A DNA stretch of 64,000 bases from Paragordius varius (taxonomy: Eukaryota; Animalia; Nematomorpha), in the NCBI GenBank assembly GCA_964247055.1, contig OZ176053.1, positions 7,688,001 through 7,752,000 on the forward strand, in the 5' to 3' direction. This document shows, one piece after another, positions 55,801 to 64,000 of this stretch. The notes below the pieces were generated by a model, which saw only the letters and a list, made by a program, of their open reading frames with translations, did not search any database and was not told where the DNA came from. Within the stretch, counting starts at the first letter, position 1; every line of letters starts with the position of its first letter. Position numbers and translations under genes: made by a program.

Positions 55801-58800
55801 TCCTTGAAATTATTTGTATTTGTTTTATTAACCCTTTAAATTTATGGTGTGAATAGGTTGGTGTGAACTTTTGAATCACAAACATCTTGCTAAAACCAAT
55901 GAACAATTGATTGAATCATGCCAGGTTTGCAACATGTTTTCCTCTAATCCTCCAAAATCAAGCCTTAAACCAAATAATAAACATCATTTTCCTGTTGACA
56001 ACAACACTCAACACATATCACAAGCGACAAATGCTACCCCATATCATGAAAAATGTTCCAATTGTCCCAAAATTATGAGTGCGTCGCTCATAAGTTTAGC
56101 ATGTAATCGACATTTTCGCGTTTTCCCAGAATCAGTAGCGCCTGAGCTAGATCGCATGGGTCCAAGCAAATACAATCCACTCCATACACCAAGGGATATT
56201 TCTGTCACACATATATTGGTCATCCCTTTATCAGCTTATAGCCAGGTAGAAATTTCATTTTTACTGATCTTAATGTGGTGTAAATAGGGTAACATTTGTT
56301 CGGTTAAAACCGAAAACAACAGATGTTGAATACACATAAAAAATGTAAATGATATAAAACTGTTAAATAAAAAAATATTGCATTAACCGTTTGTGGTTTC
56401 ATTTTCCAAATTTATTCAAAACTATGTAAAAATTCATATATTAACAGACACGTTTACATATATGCTAATTTATTTGAAAAAAAAATATAAAAGATATTTT
56501 TTATTTATATCCCAAAATAATAAAATTACATCGTATAATTTTTAGTCCAATGATACCACGGGAATGGATGAATTTAATTCAAGTGCGAATAATATGCGGC
56601 GACAAGGTACTAGATCTCATGTCGGTGATTACAATAAAAAAACTACAACATATCATAACAATAATAATAAAAGCCATATGGATCAACAACTGCATAATAT
56701 GGAAACTGATCAAGCCCTAGATAGTTTTTATGGGAACAGCAATAATAATCATATAAATTTAAATCCTTCTCTCAACGATTTAAATAATAGCAATTTTATG
56801 AACCTTAACAATGGGGCTAATGGTTGTCCTGATGATTTTGATATACTTGCGGGTAGGTGTTAAAATTTTATTTGGAATTTTTTTATTTTAAATAGTATTA
56901 ATTGGATATTTATCATACTATTTTTCATACCATTAAATTGACGCTTATATGTTAATAATAACAATTAGGAAATCCCTAAAAATTATTTGGAATTGAAATG
57001 TATATAATATATTTTACTCTTTTGAAATTGATAAAAAATATTAATTAAAAGAAAAATTTAATTTTAATTTGTTTTAGGTGTTATGGGGGCTTTGGATAGC
57101 ATAGAAGCCGCCGAAAAGGAAGAAAATAACGCTAATAGGCAACAACAATTTAATTCTCAAAATAACGATGCTTCACATCTTCAAAACACCAATAATGATA
57201 ATCAGCAATTTTTCAAGAATTCGGGTGGTTTTAATTCCTTTTCCAACAACCAATCAGATCCATATGGACTAAACCAAAATCACATAGATGGTAAATATTT
57301 GAATGTTTATCGAAAAAAAGGGTTGAAAATTAAATTAGCTATCTCTGAATAGATAAGTTTAGTTTTGTCATTATTTATTGTTTGGTTAACTTTAATTTGA
57401 ATTCATCATTGTATTATCATTTTTTATATGGTAAACGAGTCCATAATAAATTTGATACACTCATGCCTGCATTAATGCACCTTTCCGATTTTAGAATAGG
57501 GCCCTACTTTTTAAGCTAACATTTTACACTGAGTAGTCCCTTCAAAAATATGGTTTTTAAGCATATTAAAGCCCTCATAAATAAAATGAGAACTAAAATA
57601 TTTTTTACTAATTTCATAAATTCATGCATGTAGGTAATATGATGTCTACAAATCAATCTATAACAACAAACAACAACAATGGTGGTGTTAATAAATCAAT
57701 GGAAATCGAAGACGATGATCTTTTACTCTTGAAGGCATTCAATGATTTACCTATTGATCAATTCCTTATGATGGATATGGACGAGGTTATAAATGAAGTT
57801 ACCGCAGGCACGGTTGGATTAACCAATAATAATAACAACATTAAAACTAATTTTAATAACAATACGTCTGATGATATAAATGCTTTCAATGAACCATCTA
57901 ATAATAATGTGATTGGTGCAAACAATATGTTGTACAATAACATAAATGCCAATTATATGGGTAATGAAGCACGATCTGACATGGATAGAAGTCTTCCAAC
58001 AAATTATTTTGGCAATGAAACATATCAACAAAACTTGAATCAAACCCATATACCAACGCAACAAAATGCCGCTTATCAACAGTTTGATAATCATGGAGTA
58101 CAAAATAAATTAAAGGTATGGTTTTTTTACATGGAACCTGGTTTTGTTCTAATACATTTATTTCCCTTTTTTAAATAAATTACATACATATTAATATCAT
58201 GAAATAGGAGAATTTAAATACGGGAAACGAAGAAATATATCTGCAATATAATAATCCAGCCAAACACGCAATACAAAGTGCAAAAGGTACACTTTTTACC
58301 GATCATAATATCAACAAATATATATAAAAAACTAATTAAATATATATTTTATTTTAGAATACGACAATTTAATGGCTGGTAACCGAGCTCTGTCCCTTAC
58401 TCGCGTAGATAATACATTCGCTGCTAATATTCCCACAACCTGTGCAGACATTTTAGTTTCTATCCTTCAACAACAACCCTTAGCCCTCGGATACTACATA
58501 TCAACAGTACATTTTTATACAAATTTACATTCCTTATTAAAGCCGAATCATTTTAAGCTTGTTGTCATTTTTCGTCGCATATAATAGCCCTTTCGAAAAT
58601 TTAATATGTAAATAAGGTAAGATAATGAGATTTCATAAAAACAGATTGATTTTACTAAAACTTGATATCTATTCAGAAAAAAAACCTAGTCTTTCTATTT
58701 ACAAAAGCGGTCCGATTTCGATGATAATAATTGAATTTAATAAAAAATGATTATTCGGAATCGACTAATTTAGTATACCCTTTTACATTATTGCCAGCAT

Positions 58801-59420
58801 GTATAATTTTGGAAAATAATTTAATATTAATTTTTTTTTCATTTTTACAATGTAGGCTCCTTTCAATCACTATGTACCTGATTGGTTCGCACAAGATTGG
58901 GATCAAACTTTAACCTCTTTTATGAACGTATGTTTTTAAATTCTTGATTCGCAATTTTTTGATAACCGTTTTTTACCCATAAAACTTTACTATAACTTTT
59001 CTCCAAATTGATCGGCATTTTAAATTTATAAATAGGCATCACTTCATTTAAATATAACACTTCAAACTGGAAATCCTTTGGCCCAAAATTTTCTGGAAAC
59101 TGTTATGTTTTCATCCAGTGAAAAAGACAAAACTCATCCATTAGATTCCACCCAAACTACTATTATCCTAAGGTAACAAATAATCTAAATAAAATATAAA
59201 ATTAAAATTTACTATCATATTGATTTATTTCTTAACAACTACCATTTATAAACGTATTTTCATTAGATTTATCCTTGATTCATTTAATCAACTTTCATGG
59301 CTAATCATTGATCCATTTAAACGGGATCGACATTCAAGTTTGCCCATTCACATACAAATCCTATTCAATATTTATCAAATACTTATGACATTTTCTAACA
59401 ACGGTGATTCAAACACTTAA
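39653..59420 (+). CDS. MED13: Mediator kinase-module subunit 13, multi-exon (~19.8 kb)
   Basis: Collinear motifs: [15 protein letters not shown]|[145 protein letters not shown]. Stop at 59418-59420. Confidence 0.97.
43963..44250. mobile_element. Second, more degenerate copy of the TACCATTTA MITE, in a MED13 intron
   Basis: TA-TACCATTTACAATTCAAATTCA..AATTCACCC at the left and caagggtgaatttgaac at the right, as in 5143-5459. Confidence 0.75.
45400..46541. mobile_element. Blackjack-like hAT remnants in a MED13 intron (inverted piece plus forward piece ending in the 3' TIR)
   Basis: tgtaaaacgcgttggttagctcttctgcc ([10 protein letters not shown]) at ~45800 and terminal GGTCACCCT at 46533-46541. 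45560-45790 is the reverse complement of sequence resembling 46020-46190. Confidence 0.75.
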
Positions 59421-60489
59421 TGTATAAAAGCATGAATGTCATGATACGATAAATGAGTCCTGCGTAGCATTGTATTGGTCATGAATTTTTTCGGTAAAAG
59501 TCAAGATTACTGACTGTGAAGGAATCGGGCATAAATAACATTTTTTCATGCACAATGCAATTTAAACGTTCCAAACATCCATCCTCTTTCATTTTTACAT
59601 AATTTTTGGTTTTTGATTTGTTTGGATTTCCACATTATGTTTATAACCCAAAGGTCTTTCTAGTTTTATCTAACTGTCATTATGATGAAACTCCTTACAA
59701 AATTATTTATTTTGTTATAGTGTATATTTTTTGTGATTTTCACGCCAACACTGTTCGATAATCGTTATTACTATATAAAATATGTCATTAGCAATGAAGT
59801 AATCTATCGATGCGTCAATTATTTTTCTTCTTCCTCAGTTTGTTTACTTTTGGGCTCAATTAATTTTGGATATATTTATACTAGTAAACACAAAATAACC
59901 GCGTATTAACATTGGCTTGATATTGTGATTGGTTTATTGATTGTATTGTTAAAAAAAATTGGAATTTAAAATATTTATCATTTTAATATCCCTACCATTA
60001 CTACTACCTTACAACCTTATTTTTATTTTTAGCCCATCATTAAATAAAGTTATCTAATAATAATATAATGAGTAGCACAAACATAATAGCTGGACAATTT
60101 ATAACATATTAATTATACTTTATTTATTTTTCACAATTTAGCATATTTATTATTATTTGAATAAATGTATTTTTCTCATCAATATTGGAGGATTAACGTA
60201 TTATATTTCACGTTTTTTCACCACGTAACCCTTAAATTATATTCTCAATATATATTACTCTATTTCCATATCATATCCCTATTATTTATACATATAATTA
60301 TAAATATTCCATAATAAATATAAAATATGAAATAATTATATATATACATAGTAGTGAGTCAAAATTCGATGTCCGTTTTTGGAGATACAAAATTTTTTAG
60401 ATAGAGTGAATGATAATTAAAAGAATTAAATTGCCAAAACATACAAGCGGTATATATTAATTCGATACACTAACACACATATATATATA

Positions 60490-61190
60490 CCAATTGTAAT
60501 ACCTTATCTGGCTTTTGATAAGAAATACATATTTATTTTATTCAAAATATTGTCCATCGGTTTCTACTAATTTCGACAATCTTTCAAGTAATATATGAAT
60601 GCCATGCTAGAAATACTAATTGTCTTTTGAGGCAAACCATTCTTTAAGCCATTTTGTCTAGTTTTCGAAAGAATAGAAAGGCTGCCCTGCGCCCATATGC
60701 CCCATTGATACAAAGATATAATAGTCTGATGGCGCCAGGTCTGGCGGATGCGGAAAATTATCCTCCAAGCGATTTAAATTTCTCATTAAAGGTTTTGTTT
60801 TGTGAGAAAGGGCAGTCATATAGAAAAATCGATTTGGAATGTCTTCCTGCCCATTCCGGTCGATTTAAATTAATGATTTTTGACGATACTGTTGTCTAAC
60901 GGTTTCACCAGGCATTATATATACACAAAGCCGTTCTGGTTCTTTAACAGAGCATGGTTTTCTGCTAAAGCGATTGCCTTTGTGATGATTAAGGCTTGGC
61001 AACCTCAAAGCCACTTTCCCGATTATTTACAAAATAAAGCTACTTCTCATCACCTACTATTAAATGCACAAATACATTTCTTGTTGCTGAAGCATGTTCT
61101 TATATGTCAATTAGCGATTTTCGATTTGATATTCTTTTAAATCGTAAGAGACTACTCTATCAAGCTTACTTGTCTTCCCCATTTTTCATA
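60490..61190 (-). pseudogene. Decayed mariner transposase (3' part) with terminal repeat
   Basis: Minus-strand HPPDLAPSDYYIF (YSPDLAPSDY), KWLKEWFASKD and ETDGQYFE-stop; upstream LKEYQIENR resembles the WVPHELT..QMENR region. TA-flanked end near 60490. Confidence 0.85.
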
Positions 61191-61442
61191 GACCTATACT
61201 GATTATTTTTTATATAACATGTAAAATGCTTCTTCCAATTTTTATTGAGTCTGAATCGGATTATGATCCGATATTCGAGTTGTGTTATACTAGAAGATTG
61301 TGTAGTGGAATATATGGGAAAAATCGTCATTCAATAATTGTGTTTTTTTGCAAAATAATATCCTAATATTACGCTGATAATGGTTAAAACTTACTTTTGT
61401 TTCTTGTTTTGATATTTATTATCAAAAATAAAACCGTTTTTA

Positions 61443-61601
61443 TTGACTGGGAAAACGTTTCGATTCACTGGGAAAACGTTTCAATTGACTGGGAAAACGT
61501 TTCAATTGACTGGGAAAACGTTTTTATTGACTGGGAAAACGTTTCGATTGACTGGGAAAATGTTTCGATTGACTGGGAAAACGTTTATTTAGACTGGGAA
61601 A
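61443..61601 (+). repeat. 21-bp minisatellite ttgactgggaaaacgtttcga, ~7.5 units
   Basis: Direct inspection; no spacers between units. Confidence 0.95.
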
Positions 61602-62562
61602 TGGTATATATATATATATTATGCGTGGTCGGTAAGTCAGGATCGGTTTAGCCAAGACAAGACGCCATCGAATACGCAGCCATTTATTTGATATATGTAG
61701 ACCCTTATTTTGTTCATCTGACATTAAATGGCAAACACGCACAGTTGAGTCCGCAAAAACTAGCGTCATATTTTTATCACTTAATGATTATGTCGAATTT
61801 TGTGCATGAAAAAGAACATTTGCGGCACGCATTGGTTTTGTTTTATATAAATTTATGTTATCTTTTGCCGGTAAATGCATATGGCGAACACAATATGTAA
61901 ACATGGCTTACGATTTTAAATGTATTATTCGGATCACCTGATGTGAAATAACTTAACCGAAAACATTTTTAATTTTAAAAGCTTAGATGAGTATTTGATG
62001 GTTTTTGAGATATTTTTAGAAAATTAATAATTTATTTTATCAATCGTTCGCATTAATATTCGGGGCTAACCTAAAATATCTCAAGTTTCGGATTGAATTA
62101 TAAATTTTAAATGTGTTTTCAACTCTTTACAATCAAAAAGGAAACCTTTCAACTTTGTGATCAAAATACTGTTAAAAAATAATTTTACGATGGAAAAGTT
62201 GATTTAAATGAAAAAATTTATTGGATAAAATACAAATACATAATATTATGGTACGCAAGTTTATGTTAATTTGAGATGTATAAGTATGAAATTTTAATGT
62301 TAAAGGGCTAACCTAAAATGCAAATGGTATATAATCTGATTACTTATATACAATGCAGCGATTAAATTTTAGATAACGAGTTGTTAACCTTTACTGTGAC
62401 TATCTGGTGTGCAATATTGTAATTAAAAATATTATACCATTATTTTCTCGTTTGCTTTTAATTTATTGGATAAAAACCTTACGTTGAGATATCAATAATT
62501 TTTTATTTTGCATACATCAAATTATCTATATAAGGATCATTTTATTTAATAATATTTTAGTA

Positions 62563-63589
62563 ATGTCAGAAACAGGAGTCAAGAAAAAATTAGTTATATC
62601 TCAACAAGATAGGAAGCGATTAGTAAAACGAGTTTTTTTGATGGAGAATGGACTGTGGATGTATCAAAGGATTTATATATAAACTATAATACTGTTGGTC
62701 AAATTATGTATAAAATTTAAAAAAACAATAGTTCAGAAATTCTAACTCGTGGAGGCACTAAAAACAAAAAAATAACGGAAGATATTATGCATTTCATAGA
62801 AAATAAACTAACTTATCAGCCGTCATTATCAATTAACCAGTTAAAAAAAAATTTAGAAGATGCGAAAAAATAAAATTATCTAAATCCACTATAGAACGAA
62901 TAATTAAATCTTTAAAAATAACTTTGAAGTTAGCCCATCATCTTAATGAAAAAGTCAATGATCTTCAAATAATAGATTTATGGAAAAAATACGCAATATG
63001 GTTTTCACAATCTTTCTCCGATGACTTAATAAATATTATTTATTTGGATGAATGCGGTTATAATAAACATATTAGAAGAAGCCAAGGTCGATCCAAAAGT
63101 GGCACGAGAGCCAATATTTTGGTGCCTAGCGTAAAAGGCAGAAATATCACTTTTATTGGAACTCTGTCATTACGAGGTATGGTTTATTGCGAAATAGAAA
63201 GCCAAAGAACAGTCAATTCCCAACGCTTTACAAGTTTTTTTGATGGACTTTGTGAATATTTAAAGCGGGACGATATTAAATATCATTTTATTATGGACAA
63301 TGCACGGATTCATAAAAAAATGAATTAAAAGGTAGAGACGATTTAAACAAATACAAAATTGATTTTTTGTCCCCGTACAGTTATTCCTTTTACCCAATTG
63401 AAATGATTTTCAAAAATAAAAAATTTTGTCCGACAAAATATTATATTAAATAATATGAATGCGAATGTGGAATTAGTGAATCTGATAAAATTGGCAGCGG
63501 GCTCCATAACATCGGAGGATAGCAGAAATTATTTTGAAAAGATAATGACAAATATGGTAAAGGCGGCAGCCGGTTTACCTTTTATGTAA
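62563..63589 (+). pseudogene. IS630/Tc1-family DD34E transposase, frameshifted
   Basis: IIYLDECGYN..GRSKSGTRA..GRNITFIGTLSLRG..FIMDNARIHK. Restoring one A in the A7 run at ~63314 gives FLSPYSYSFYPIE with D-34-E spacing. Further frameshifts in the N-terminal HTH region. Confidence 0.85.
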
Positions 63590-63896
63590 TCTTTTTATAA
63601 GATATACAATAAATTAAAATCATTTTTTAATATATGATCTCAATTTGTCTCTATAATAAAATCAAACAATGATTGATATATTCAGGTATATTTGTACAGT
63701 AATAGTTTAACTTTTTAAAATAAGTCATTAAAGATTGTGTAGTTGAATATATGGGAAAAATTGTCATTCAATAATTGTTTTTTTTGCAAAATAATATCCT
63801 AATATTACGCTGATAATGGTTAAAAGTTACTTTTGTTTCTTGTTTTGATATTTATTATCAAAAATAAAACCGTTTTTATTGACTGGGAAAACGTTT

Positions 63897-64000
63897 TTTT
63901 CCCAGTCTAAATAAACGTTTTCCCAGTCAATCGAAACATTTTCCCAGTCAATCGAAACGTTTTCCCAGTCAATCGAAACGTTTTCCCAGTCAATCGAAAC
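63897..64000 (-). repeat. Reverse-complement array of the same 21-bp unit (about 5 units visible, runs off the window)
   Basis: Units tcgaaacgttttcccagtcaa; the variant units mirror those of the left array. Confidence 0.95.

Larger units (their letters stand above)
61294..64000 (+). mobile_element. IS630/Tc1-like DNA transposon with long repeat-containing arms, probably continuing beyond the window
   Basis: A transposase pseudogene at 62563-63589 lies between mirror-image 21-bp arrays. The 61294-61460 block recurs as a direct repeat at 63731-63896. Confidence 0.7.

Noticed and set aside
42505-57952. Antisense ORFs within MED13 (e.g. 42959-43291, 54303-54503, 57758-57952)
   Set aside because: They are shadow frames of Asn/Thr-rich sense exons with hydrophobic low-complexity translations and no independent support.
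61397-61651. ORF with IDWENVS heptad repeats (and the antisense FPSQSKR ORF)
   Set aside because: It is simply the translation of the 21-bp minisatellite; there is no gene context.
62563-63589. Bacterial contamination or recent bacterial IS630 transfer
   Set aside because: Its composition matches the host, it is embedded among eukaryotic elements next to intron-containing MED13, and IS630-like transposases are known in eukaryotes.
61443-64000. Possible CRISPR array
   Set aside because: Units are directly adjacent with no unique spacers, no cas genes are present, and the context is eukaryotic.
1-64000. Non-standard genetic code or stop-codon readthrough
   Set aside because: Every in-frame stop I checked in host genes is removed by a canonical GT-AG intron, and genes end in ordinary stops; remaining stops are in decayed transposons.

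Overview
Eukaryotic (animal-type), very AT-rich nuclear DNA with spliced genes in the standard genetic code. No rRNA, tRNA or CRISPR array was seen. Five host genes can be rebuilt by eye from exon translations. Three form a tight left-hand cluster: a HIG1-domain gene (-), mitochondrial TyrRS/YARS2 (+) and a strongly diverged IFT88 (-). The other two are Rabankyrin-5/ANKFY1 (-, 9.1-17.5 kb) and MED13 (+, 39.7-59.4 kb). Many introns are only 21-33 nt, which suggests a compact-intron animal such as a myxozoan, dicyemid or orthonectid; this is inference, and the taxon is not determined. ANKFY1 and MED13 diverge from a ~22 kb nest of decayed transposons: RTE-type LINEs, Charlie/Buster-like and Blackjack-like hATs, TTAA piggyBac-type MITEs, and three non-autonomous Helitrons with internal tandem repeats. 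The right end holds a decayed mariner and an IS630/Tc1-like DD34E element with mirror-image 21-bp arrays plus a ~167-bp direct repeat. Family assignments come from remembered motifs, not database searches. Coordinates were counted by hand and may be off by a few bases.
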